Assembly (NCBI GenBank): GCA_041650935.1
Contig: JBAZKH010000003.1
Span: 101,269-165,268 of the forward strand
From: Candidatus Omnitrophota bacterium
Lineage (GTDB): Bacteria > Omnitrophota > Gorgyraeia > 2-01-FULL-45-10
DNA length: 64,000 nt
Direction of reading: 5' to 3'
The notes under the pieces are model-generated. The model did no database searches. It was not told the DNA's origin and was given only the letters and a program-made list of their open reading frames with translations. Position numbers and translations under genes: made by a program. Numbering within the stretch: position 1 is the first letter of the stretch; the number at the start of each line of letters is the position of its first letter. Below are positions 1 to 8,223 of this stretch, one piece after another.

Positions 1-774
1 CAGGACATCCCTGTCTTTGACATAATCCGTTGTCAATCCGGCTACCCCTCCCGGTTTCAATAGGCGCCCGACTTCAGACATCATAAAGGCTCTGACAGCG
101 GATGGGAGATGTTCGATAACGCATACTGAAAAGATGTGGTCAAAGCAGTTATCGGGAAACGGCAGCCTCCTGGCAAGATCTATGTCATGGGCCTTAAGAT
201 GCCAGCCCATTTTATAAGCAACATAATTAGTGTTAAAGACCGTGCCGCAATTCCCCCAGTCATTATCGACGACATCCACGTCGCAGCCAATGCTGGCCAG
301 ATAAAAAGCGAATACCGTAGACGCGCCGCCCAGGTCCAGCACCCTCTTTCCCTCGCGCACACCGGAGTGCGCGATCATCCAGCAATTTTCCCAATTTTTA
401 GTACGCTCGGTCCTGTCAAGATACGTGGTAGATTTAAATATCCCGGCCGGAGAGCAATATGCCAGGCCGCGCCTTTCCATTTCCTGCTTTAAAAGATAGA
501 TGCCGTGACAGATCGACTGCACGGCCGGCGCTTTCATATCTTCGTCGATCCACCGGGCGCTTTTATTGATAGCGGCGCGTTGGGCCGAAAGATCCGAACC
601 CGGCTGAGACCAAATAGCATTGCCGTCGGGGGTTATACCCCGCGGCCCGGATATCCTGGCTTTTCGCTCGAGGATGCGCACAAGGCTCTGGCGGTATACT
701 TTCCTTATTATCAGGAATATCAGGTAATAAAGAGGCAGATAGCGGGGATATTTTTTCTTATCGTTTTTTTTCAT
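1..774 (-). CDS. Class I SAM-dependent methyltransferase. The C-terminus runs off the window start; the N-terminus has a hydrophobic segment.
   Basis: Minus-strand translation gives MKKNDKKKYPRYLPLYYLIFLII...GKRVLDLGGASTVFAFYLASIGCDVDVVDND...VIEHLP...LLKPGG, with a glycine-rich SAM-binding motif I and motif II-like blocks. The ATG is at 772-774. It is absent from the ORF track because it has no stop inside the window. Confidence 0.6.
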   Translation of the reverse strand, partial: MKKNDKKKYPRYLPLYYLIFLIIRKVYRQSLVRILERKARISGPRGITPDGNAIWSQPGSDLSAQRAAINKSARWIDEDMKAPAVQSICHGIYLLKQEMERRGLAYCSPAGIFKSTTYLDRTERTKNWENCWMIAHSGVREGKRVLDLGGASTVFAFYLASIGCDVDVVDNDWGNCGTVFNTNYVAYKMGWHLKAHDIDLARRLPFPDNCFDHIFSVCVIEHLPSAVRAFMMSEVGRLLKPGGVAGLTTDYVKDRDVL

Positions 775-787
775 CTAATGGCGTTTT

Positions 788-1012
788 TTAATTACCACCG
801 CCGGAGCCGGTGTTCATAGATGACTGGACCTGGTCCACTTCGGCTTCGCCCTGGGCGCGGTCACCATTGATCTCAGAGCTCAAACCTTCATCCATCCTGG
901 ACTCGGACTGTTCGATCATCCTATCGTCGGCACTATCATCCTGGCAATAGACCGGCGCTTCCCAGCTCGCAAGAAACGCGCAGGCCGTCATTACCATAAG
1001 CATCCTCTTCAT
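788..1012 (-). CDS. Small acidic secreted protein (signal peptide, Gly-rich C-terminus), function unknown
   Basis: 74-aa ORF with an N-terminal hydrophobic signal-like segment (MKRMLMVMTACAFLASWEA) and a D/E-rich body. Confidence 0.4.
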   Translation of the reverse strand: MKRMLMVMTACAFLASWEAPVYCQDDSADDRMIEQSESRMDEGLSSEINGDRAQGEAEVDQVQSSMNTGSGGGN

Positions 1013-1142
1013 GGCACCCTCCTTATCTATTTGTGGAACAATAAATTATAACATATAACCGGCTCAGGGTAATACCAATTATTTGCAAAAAAGTGCCCAT
1101 AATTTACTATGGGCACTTTGATATGAAGCTTGGATATGCGCT

Positions 1143-1508
1143 CTACTTCTTTTCGTATACAGCCACGCCATTACCGGTATTGGCGTCGACAAAGACCCAG
1201 ATATCTTTCCGCGCGTCGTCGTAAAAATCGAAGTATACCGCCTGATACTTATACTTTTTAAGAATGCCGTGAGGCAGATACCCGTGGTTCTTATCGTTGG
1301 GCATACGGGCCACATAATCGCCCCACCCCGCCCATGCCTTATTCCCTTCGTCATACACGACATTGCAGTCGACCACTTTAATATTCCTGTCGGCAAGCGC
1401 CTTCCTGGCGCTATTTATAACATCTTCCCGATTCATATCGGCAACGGCTGCGGATGCCGCAATACAAACGGCGATTGCCGCTATGAACAAAACGCTGAAT
1501 ATTTTCAT
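1143..1508 (-). CDS. PepSY-like secreted protein
   Basis: Signal peptide (MKIFSVLFIAAIAVCIAASAAVA). The C-terminal block DIWVFVDANTGNGVAVYEKK resembles the PepSY end motif. An AG-rich RBS lies upstream. Confidence 0.6.
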   Translation of the reverse strand: MKIFSVLFIAAIAVCIAASAAVADMNREDVINSARKALADRNIKVVDCNVVYDEGNKAWAGWGDYVARMPNDKNHGYLPHGILKKYKYQAVYFDFYDDARKDIWVFVDANTGNGVAVYEKK

Positions 1509-1536
1509 CTCTCTTCTCCTCTCTTTTTTGAAACCG

Positions 1537-3315
1537 CTAATTCGCGGCAGGCGTGAAATTCCCGAATTTACCGGATGCGATCTCGCTGCTCTTCACGTTA
1601 ATTTGCTTCAACAGTTTATTGGTTATCTCATAATCGCATGAAATTATATCAAGAAAAATTTCCATAGACATCTCCTCGAGTTTTTTCAAATCGCTATAGC
1701 CCGCGCACCGCGCCATCAGGAGATGCTCGTCCATCAGGTCCGAGGGGATACCTAAGGCATTTATGGCCCTGGCCTGTTTTATGTGCGTCGGGATCCATTC
1801 GGCTATACTCTTGCCCAGGAATGAATAAGGAGATTTGAAGTTTTTATCCACCAGGATATGGACGGATATATCGGCCCTCAACCCTATCCTTGCGAACTTT
1901 TCTTTATCCAATGAAATATTATATTTCTCCGGCTCGTGGTACCATTTTGTGCCCGCATATACTATAGCGGGGATCACCTGGAAAGAGTCCGGCATCGTAA
2001 GTTTGGCAAGCCTGATATTATCTTCATATACCTGCTCCATCGTGATGCCTTTTTCTACTAAATTCTTCGTGAGCGGACAAGGATATATATACGATGTGAT
2101 GATATAGACATGCACATTCTCAAGCTCGCTGGCACGCCTGATGCATTTGACCGTGTCGATAATATCCTGGCTCGTAAGATCCTTATTCATCACCTCCCTA
2201 AGGACGTCGTCGTTCCCGGATTCCGCGCCTATAAATACTATCCTCATGCCGGCCCTGATTATCGTACGGAAGGTATCGATCAGGTAATCTCTTTTGGCAG
2301 CGGCGGACTTCCAGGCACGCGTCAGCATAGTAAATTCTATCTGCAGGCCGCGGCGTAATATCTCCTCGCCGATCGTCTTGGCCTGTGGCAAAGGCGTATC
2401 GGAAGCCGTGAACGTAAAGAAGCTTATCCCCCGCTTAATCATAAACTCGATCTCATCGACGACCAACCCCGGTTCCCGCAAATGGAATTCGCGGTGTATC
2501 TGCGGATGTATACAAAAACTACAGCGGCCGTAATCGCACCCGATACCGTTAACTATTGTGTGGGATCTTATTTTACCCGATAACTCATGGGGCGTATATT
2601 CCGGGGTGAGCCTCTCGTTGACCGGCCCGTAAACTACAGGGTTAATTTTAATCTCGCCGCCGGCGCGGTAAACGAGATTTGGGATATTCGCCTTTACGAT
2701 AGCACCGATCCTGTCTTTCCGCGTTTCATACTGTTTGGCTATCTTTACTATATTGACAAGCGCTTCCTCCCCTTCGGAGTAGACCGCCAGATCGAAAGCG
2801 GTATCTTTAAGTATAAGGCCGTCGGCGAAAAAACAGTTGACCTGCGGCCCGCCGACAACTATCACCGTCTCCGGGCTTGCCCTGTGGATCATGTCGCACA
2901 ATTTTTCGCAATATTTGAAGGGACTGCCCGACCAAAGCTTGATCCCGAATACAGGGATCTTGCCGCGCGCCACCGTCTCGGTGATTCTACCGAGGTATTC
3001 ATCCATCTTAAGATCATGAAATTTTACCAGTCGGGAATAGAGCTTCTTGATCTTTAAAGCGTAAAACAGCTCTTTTAGTTTGGAATTTTTGTGTTTTGGG
3101 AAAACAACTTTTTTGAATAGTTCTCTTAAGGGTTTCGTCACCTGCGGATATCTAAAATCGTCGTACCCGTCGACCGTCATGCGGTCTTCGATAATGAAAT
3201 CTATACCCGACAACTTAAGGCGTCTCCGTAATATACCTATGCTATTATCTAAAAAAACATCGCCCGGCGCGCGCTTGCGCGGGGTAAAGCTATTATATAA
3301 AAATAGGTCCGCCAT
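1537..3315 (-). CDS. B12-binding-domain radical SAM protein (class B radical SAM, putative methyltransferase)
   Basis: 592 aa. The N-terminal Rossmann-like B12-binding region precedes a cysteine triad, GCDYGRCSFC, in the radical SAM core. The track ORF start is a long clean ORF. Confidence 0.8.
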   Translation of the reverse strand: MADLFLYNSFTPRKRAPGDVFLDNSIGILRRRLKLSGIDFIIEDRMTVDGYDDFRYPQVTKPLRELFKKVVFPKHKNSKLKELFYALKIKKLYSRLVKFHDLKMDEYLGRITETVARGKIPVFGIKLWSGSPFKYCEKLCDMIHRASPETVIVVGGPQVNCFFADGLILKDTAFDLAVYSEGEEALVNIVKIAKQYETRKDRIGAIVKANIPNLVYRAGGEIKINPVVYGPVNERLTPEYTPHELSGKIRSHTIVNGIGCDYGRCSFCIHPQIHREFHLREPGLVVDEIEFMIKRGISFFTFTASDTPLPQAKTIGEEILRRGLQIEFTMLTRAWKSAAAKRDYLIDTFRTIIRAGMRIVFIGAESGNDDVLREVMNKDLTSQDIIDTVKCIRRASELENVHVYIITSYIYPCPLTKNLVEKGITMEQVYEDNIRLAKLTMPDSFQVIPAIVYAGTKWYHEPEKYNISLDKEKFARIGLRADISVHILVDKNFKSPYSFLGKSIAEWIPTHIKQARAINALGIPSDLMDEHLLMARCAGYSDLKKLEEMSMEIFLDIISCDYEITNKLLKQINVKSSEIASGKFGNFTPAAN

Positions 3316-3391
3316 TTCGATATCCTCCTCTATTCGACAAGTATATCACGGAAAACCGGAAAAGCAATGATGGCGCGGGATGTCTTACGTA

Positions 3392-3859
3392 TTATTTCGA
3401 GGCGAGTTTGACGGCTGCTACCTTTAAATCGAATTCAACGACTTCGCCGATCCGCGAATAAGGATACTGCTCATTCTTCTCGTTGACAAAATTGTCCCTA
3501 AGACAAACCTTATATCTCCGCGCCTGGCCGGGCGGGACGGGATCGTTCAGGGCGTCTTTGACGATGACCTTTTTTATCAGGTATCCCCCCTCGCCGTAAT
3601 AGCTCATCTCCAATGCCAGGTTGGCTATCTTCCGGCCGCCGTTATTATTTACCGTTATGTAGAGGTACGCCAGTATCGGGGTTTTGGAGCGCTCTATGTC
3701 TATGGTCTCGTTTGTTATGACGACATTGTTTATGTAGTCTTTATCTTCCGCCCCGCCGGCGGAGGAGGAAAATAACGAAGAGAGAAGGCAGGTAAAAATA
3801 ACGGCTGCCGATATTGTCGGAAAATATTTTCGCCGGTGCGCCATTACCGTATCTTGCAT
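3392..3859 (-). CDS. Secreted hypothetical protein
   Basis: 155-aa ORF with a signal-like hydrophobic stretch (ISAAVIFTCLLSSLFSSSAGGA). The start may be the internal Met (MAHRR). Confidence 0.45.
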   Translation of the reverse strand: MQDTVMAHRRKYFPTISAAVIFTCLLSSLFSSSAGGAEDKDYINNVVITNETIDIERSKTPILAYLYITVNNNGGRKIANLALEMSYYGEGGYLIKKVIVKDALNDPVPPGQARRYKVCLRDNFVNEKNEQYPYSRIGEVVEFDLKVAAVKLASK

Positions 3860-3889
3860 CCTTTTATATGCCCGCCTCCTTAGGCGGTA

Positions 3890-4951
3890 TTACTTCATCA
3901 GCCACTGCTCATTGGTCACAAAATGAGCAATAGTGTTCCGGTTATCATAGGAATAGACGACATGTATCAACCCGTGTTTGTCCTGTATGACGGAAGGGTA
4001 CCCGTAGACGTGGCCCGCCTTGCATTCGATCATCCTGACATGCGGCCAGGTCCTTCCCCCGTCGCGGGAAAGCGCGATGCTGAGGCTGTCGCGGTCCGTC
4101 CTGGCATTATTGAATGCCATAACGACATTACCGCTATCCAGCTTAATCATCTCGAGAGAAAATCCCGGGTTCCTGACGTTGGAAAGCCTCTGCTCTTTCC
4201 AACTGCGGCCGCCGTCACGGCTAACCGCCTGCCAGGCGAACCGCGGCCAGGTGCCTGTCCGCATAAGCGCGAATAGACTTAAGTCCGGGCGCTGGATTAT
4301 AGTGGGTTGTATGCCGAAGAAGAAGAGTATGTACCTGGGTCCTTTCCATGTCAGGCCGCAGTCCCTGGATATCACCGCCGCCGAAGATGTGCACAGGTCC
4401 GTGTATACAGGAAGAAGTATACTGCCGTCCTGAAGCTTTATCGGATGAGTCCTGCCCAAAAACCACGGAAGCACCTTGACAGCGCCGGCTTCGTCCCACG
4501 TCCGGCCGAAATCCGAAGATTTTTTTAACCATATAGTATCCTCGATGATCTTGAACGGCCATCTCTTCTCAATCCCCCAGAAGAGCCATAGCTTCTCATC
4601 GGGCCCAAAATAAAGTACCGGATTCTTGTTACCATGCCCCGGGGTGCGGTTTATTATCGAGGGCAGCGTCCATTTGTCGCCGCCGGCTGGCCTGCGCGAA
4701 CCCCAGATGACGGATTTAGGGGCCCATGAAGCATGCCACACCGCGTATAGATCCCCATTGGGAAGTTCGGCTATGCTGGACGCATGGGAAGAAGGAATAA
4801 GCCCCAGCGGGAATATGAATTCTTTATACGGCAGTTCGGGATACGGGCCCGACTCCCCGGCATGCGCAAGCGAAGGCGCGTAACTTGCGGCCGCCGCAAA
4901 AAACGCCGCCGCCAGGATAAAACTTGCCTTATTTATCCACATCTTTTTCAT
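3890..4951 (-). CDS. BNR/Asp-box repeat glycoside hydrolase, sialidase-like (secreted)
   Basis: Signal peptide, then repeated Asp-box motifs: SRDCGLTW, SRDGGRSW, SRDGGRTW, SSDFGRTW. This is the typical exo-alpha-sialidase/BNR beta-propeller pattern. Confidence 0.8.
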   Translation of the reverse strand: MKKMWINKASFILAAAFFAAAASYAPSLAHAGESGPYPELPYKEFIFPLGLIPSSHASSIAELPNGDLYAVWHASWAPKSVIWGSRRPAGGDKWTLPSIINRTPGHGNKNPVLYFGPDEKLWLFWGIEKRWPFKIIEDTIWLKKSSDFGRTWDEAGAVKVLPWFLGRTHPIKLQDGSILLPVYTDLCTSSAAVISRDCGLTWKGPRYILFFFGIQPTIIQRPDLSLFALMRTGTWPRFAWQAVSRDGGRSWKEQRLSNVRNPGFSLEMIKLDSGNVVMAFNNARTDRDSLSIALSRDGGRTWPHVRMIECKAGHVYGYPSVIQDKHGLIHVVYSYDNRNTIAHFVTNEQWLMK

Positions 4952-4980
4952 ATTTGCATTATATCATATTTTGGTGGAAA
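4926..4980 (-). repeat. 55-nt direct repeat copy 1 (leader plus first 8 codons MKKMWINKA of the BNR gene)
   Basis: gccttatttatccacatctttttcatatttgcattatatcatattttggtggaaa is about 43/55 identical to 5685-5739. Confidence 0.7.
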
Positions 4981-5100
4981 GGGCTTACTTAACGAAATCT
5001 TAAATATACTAATACAACCGCCAATAGAAGCAACAGGCCATAAAATATAACGCGTATCGTTACATGAGCCAGTATCTTTGAGAATATATTCTTCATTCTG

Positions 5101-5562
5101 CTATGGTCTTCTTTTCTTCTTTGACATCAATATAGAAATATCAACATCATCCTGCTTACGTCCGGATTTTTTCTTATTTTTTATCAATTCATTAAACCCT
5201 ATGAAAATCACTTTTTGCCTTCCGTAGGTACCTATGGCCCTATTTTCCCACGCCTCCTTGAAATCGCAACCTTCTATAGAGGTCATTAAATCAATTCTTA
5301 TAGGTTCATAACCAAGCTGAATAACTCTTCCTTTTCGGATTAAATCTTTTTCTTCAAGCGATAGGCTTTTGAATCCAAATTCCTCAAGCGATTTTATTAT
5401 TTTATGCGCATTATTCTCATCCGGTTCTACGAAGATATCCATATCCTTTGTGTATCTTGGCTCAGCATAAAAGGCGACAGCATACGCACCAACTATGCAA
5501 TATCTTACCTTGTTTTTGTTAAATAACTTTAATAACTCTTCGAAGTCCTTTTCCGTTTTCAA
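5101..5562 (-). CDS. Nucleotidyltransferase-fold protein (MNT/AbiEii-like family; putative toxin-antitoxin or accessory component)
   Basis: 153 aa. VRYCIVGAYAVAFYAEPRYTKDMDIFVEP resembles the widespread small 'nucleotidyltransferase family' proteins. The start codon appears to be TTG at 5560-5562, and it overlaps the upstream small ORF by 44 nt. Confidence 0.55.
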   Translation of the reverse strand: MKTEKDFEELLKLFNKNKVRYCIVGAYAVAFYAEPRYTKDMDIFVEPDENNAHKIIKSLEEFGFKSLSLEEKDLIRKGRVIQLGYEPIRIDLMTSIEGCDFKEAWENRAIGTYGRQKVIFIGFNELIKNKKKSGRKQDDVDISILMSKKKRRP

Positions 5563-5710
5563 TTTTCGAAGCCCTCAATTTATGATAAATTTCTCGTAAA
5601 AACTGCATAGTATCTATCCGCTCCGCTTTTGACATTTTAGCATAATAGGCGGAATCAAATTTTGCCGCTTCTTTAAACGAATTCGCCTTATTTATCCATA
5701 TTTTTTTCAT
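5519..5710 (-). CDS. Small partner protein of the nucleotidyltransferase-fold gene (unknown function)
   Basis: 63-aa ORF directly upstream of and overlapping the NTase-fold gene. It shares its first 8 codons plus about 30 nt of leader with the BNR gene at 4926-4980. Confidence 0.4.
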   Translation of the reverse strand: MKKIWINKANSFKEAAKFDSAYYAKMSKAERIDTMQFLREIYHKLRASKIENGKGLRRVIKVI

Positions 5711-5739
5711 GATTATATTATATCATGTTTTATGAAAAA
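5685..5739 (-). repeat. 55-nt direct repeat copy 2 (leader plus first 8 codons MKKIWINKA of the small ORF)
   Basis: gccttatttatccatatttttttcatgattatattatatcatgttttatgaaaaa. Together with copy 1 it brackets the 0.8-kb NTase-pair cassette. Confidence 0.7.
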
Positions 5740-5915
5740 ACAAAACGCCTACCGATAAACTACCGATAAACTTTTTTGATTCCCAACCTGGCTTGCCATA
5801 GCGGCCTTTTCTTTCATAGTCCTGGCCCATATCCGGCCGCAAATAGACACAATATCAGCCTCCCGTTGTTTAGGGGTCATCATGTGATAAAAAGTTCCTT
5901 TCATGCTTTTGGTTT

Positions 5916-7004
5916 ATGGTATATAATACGGGTATGAAAGGCCGTATTATGCCATTTAACCCAAAATATACCATAACCGAAAAAATACTCTATAACCTCA
6001 CCATGATTGCCGCGGCCCGTGAGGTTATAGAGAGCTCTTATCTTATCCCTAAATGGGAAGCGTCGCTTCGCAGGCAGGCAAAACTGCGCAACACCCATTC
6101 GTCCACCGCCATTGAAGGCAATAAACTTACACTTGAACAAGTTGAGGCCCTTGCTGATGGTAAGGATGTTATCGCTACCGATAAAGACAAGAAGGAAGTG
6201 CTTAATTACCTTGAGGCGCTGGACGCTATTCATTCCTTTGCCGAGAAAGGCAATGTCAGGGTCGAAGACCTTCTTAATATTCACAGAATGGTTTCAAAGA
6301 ACGTCTTGCGGAATAATAAACACAGCGGCGCCTTCCGCGACCGGCAGGTCTTTGTGGGTAGACGTGTTTTTGACGGAACAGGATTTAAGGAAGAGGTAGA
6401 ATACATGCCTCCGTCCACCCGGGACGTACCTAATCTGGTAAAGGAATTTATTGCCTGGCTTAATTTAGATAAGACATGGGAAATAAATCCGGTTTTACTT
6501 GCCGGGATTACCCACTACGAGATCGCCAGGATCCATCCTTTTATTGACGGCAATGGTCGGACAGCCCGGCTTTTTGCGACGCTTATTATTTACTTAAGCG
6601 GCTTTGACCATCGCAGACTTTTTGCCCTCGATGATTTTTATGACCGTGACAGGCAGGCGTATTACGCGGCCTTGAAAACAGCCCAGGATAATAACAATGA
6701 CATCAGCAAATGGCTTGAATACTTCACCGCAGGCGTAGCATATTCTGTTAATGAGATAAAAGAGGCTGTTCTGAAATTGGGGGCTAAGAAAAAACGCGAT
6801 TCAAAAGAGCAAATCCCTCTTACCGACAAACAGATGAAGATCGTCGAATTTATCAATGCACGCGGCAAAGTCACTAACAAAGATATGCAGACGCTTTTTA
6901 AGATTTCGGCTCAGGCCGTGCACAAGGAGCTGGCAAAGCTGGTAGAGCTTAAAGTAATCAAACCGCAAGGCGCCGGACGTTCGCTGTATTACGTTTTGGA
7001 ATAA
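5916..7004 (+). CDS. Fic family protein (AMPylase/adenylyltransferase) with C-terminal winged-HTH
   Basis: Canonical Fic motif HPFIDGNGRTARL. The C-terminal ~60 aa are DeoR/wHTH-like (KQMKIVEFINARGKVTNKDMQTLFKISAQAVHKEL). The true start may be the internal MKG or MPF Met. Confidence 0.85.
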   Translation: MVYNTGMKGRIMPFNPKYTITEKILYNLTMIAAAREVIESSYLIPKWEASLRRQAKLRNTHSSTAIEGNKLTLEQVEALADGKDVIATDKDKKEVLNYLEALDAIHSFAEKGNVRVEDLLNIHRMVSKNVLRNNKHSGAFRDRQVFVGRRVFDGTGFKEEVEYMPPSTRDVPNLVKEFIAWLNLDKTWEINPVLLAGITHYEIARIHPFIDGNGRTARLFATLIIYLSGFDHRRLFALDDFYDRDRQAYYAALKTAQDNNNDISKWLEYFTAGVAYSVNEIKEAVLKLGAKKKRDSKEQIPLTDKQMKIVEFINARGKVTNKDMQTLFKISAQAVHKELAKLVELKVIKPQGAGRSLYYVLE

Positions 7005-7007
7005 ACA

Positions 7008-7046
7008 AGCGATTGATGATTAGGTTGATGATTAGGTTGATGATTA
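7008..7046. repeat. Short tandem repeat (ttgatgattagg x3) immediately after the Fic stop codon
   Basis: The sequence gattgatgattaggttgatgattaggttgatgattattagg is seen directly. Confidence 0.7.
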
Positions 7047-7199
7047 TTAGGCGGCTCCCCTCAGTTGACGATTATAGAACTTTAATGGGGGAGTTTATAG
7101 AGTTTTGTTATACTAAGGAGGCGGAGGCAATGAGACTAAATATATGATTACTGCTCAAACAGGCTTGAAGGTGACAAGAAAACAATCTCGTCGAATAAA

Positions 7200-7475
7200 T
7201 TATTTATTAGGACTCATCAAAGGAAGCTTTGCAATAGTTTGCTGAGAATAAGCTTCATAAGTTGTTGCCATTCGACTTGCTAAATATACATTACCGCATT
7301 TAAGACAAGTAATTTTCCAGCCAGGGTTTCTATCCTGTTCGTTTTTCAATGCGCTCATTTCATAACCACACGTAAGACATTTAAGGCCGACATACTTTGT
7401 TGGCGTTACAGTAACAGCAAATACACATGATGTTACTAAAATTATCGCTAATAAAAAACTCGGGATTCTTAACAT
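7200..7475 (-). CDS. Small secreted zinc-ribbon-like protein (two CxxC pairs)
   Basis: 91 aa with a signal peptide and CLTCGYEMS...CLKCGN, in an AT-rich stretch. Confidence 0.45.
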   Translation of the reverse strand: MLRIPSFLLAIILVTSCVFAVTVTPTKYVGLKCLTCGYEMSALKNEQDRNPGWKITCLKCGNVYLASRMATTYEAYSQQTIAKLPLMSPNK

Positions 7476-7600
7476 AATATGCCTTTCTTCAAATAATCTT
7501 CACCTAACAGTATTTGGTGAAATACGAACCGTCTTACCATTCTGCCGTACCGCTTTTTTTAACGCCGCTTCGGCTTTGTCCTGTAAAGACATTCTCTTTT

Positions 7601-7816
7601 TTACGATTTCACCCATCCGACTTTTCGATGAGATTGCACACAATCCCTCAGATACATATTGATTAAAATCTGATAAGGTACGTCCATCTCGTCTGCCAGA
7701 TGCTTAAAATACGCTATGACATCGGAGCCAATCCGTATCGTTACTGGTTTTTTTAGCCTTGCAGCATATGGATTGCGCTTACCATGTAATTTTGAAAAAT
7801 CATATTCTGTTCTCAT
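7601..7816 (-). CDS. brnA: BrnA antitoxin (type II TA)
   Basis: 71 aa: MRTEYDFSKLHGKRNPYAARLKKPVTIRIGSDVIAYFKHLADEMDVPYQILINMYLRDC, a hallmark BrnA sequence, immediately downstream of brnT. Confidence 0.85.
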   Translation of the reverse strand: MRTEYDFSKLHGKRNPYAARLKKPVTIRIGSDVIAYFKHLADEMDVPYQILINMYLRDCVQSHRKVGWVKS

Positions 7817-7819
7817 ATT

Positions 7820-8104
7820 TTACTCCTTTCGATAATTATCAGCCTCAGGGCGGGTCGCTTTCCTCGCTGAAATTATCCTTATAGTATTTCCTTTTCTTGT
7901 GCAATAACACACGACCAACATCCGTAACTTAAAACTAAAGCCCAGCATTATAAATCTATCCTCATCCTCTGAATGATCCGGGTCAAAATATTCTATGGCA
8001 TTCTCATCATAAAAAACAGTTTGTGCCTCTTCAAAAGAAACGCCATGCTTTCTTTTGTTAAGCAACGCTTTTGGATTGTCCCATTCAAAACGAATATCAT
8101 TCAT
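7820..8104 (-). CDS. brnT: BrnT toxin (DUF497 ribonuclease, type II TA)
   Basis: 94 aa: FEWDNPKALLNKRKHGVSFEEAQTVFYDENAIEYFDP...RIISARKAT, the characteristic BrnT motif set, with a 4-nt spacing to brnA. Confidence 0.85.
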   Translation of the reverse strand: MNDIRFEWDNPKALLNKRKHGVSFEEAQTVFYDENAIEYFDPDHSEDEDRFIMLGFSFKLRMLVVCYCTRKGNTIRIISARKATRPEADNYRKE

Positions 8105-8174
8105 ATGTACAATGTAAATATACCATAAATACTGATAAATGCAAATGTTTTTTGAATATTGTTACTACGGCGAG

Positions 8175-8218
8175 GATCCTCAAAACAAGAACGCCCACCG
8201 TTAAATGATGGGCGTTCT
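8175..8218 (-). terminator. Rho-independent terminator downstream of tRNA-Asn (minus strand)
   Basis: GC-rich stem AGAACGCCCA/TGGGCGTTCT with a 10-nt loop. It is followed on the minus strand by UGUUUUG. Confidence 0.55.
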
Positions 8219-8223
8219 CAACA

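Noticed and set aside
136-492. Plus-strand 118-aa ORF (and 505..819 plus) at the window start
   Set aside because: The opposite strand encodes a coherent SAM-dependent methyltransferase with a glycine-rich SAM-binding motif, running from 774 to the window edge. The plus-strand ORFs have no recognisable features and are antisense shadows.
1079-1396. 105-aa minus-strand ORF overlapping the PepSY-like gene
   Set aside because: A different frame of the same region. The PepSY-like ORF has a signal peptide, an RBS and a family motif, and this one does not.
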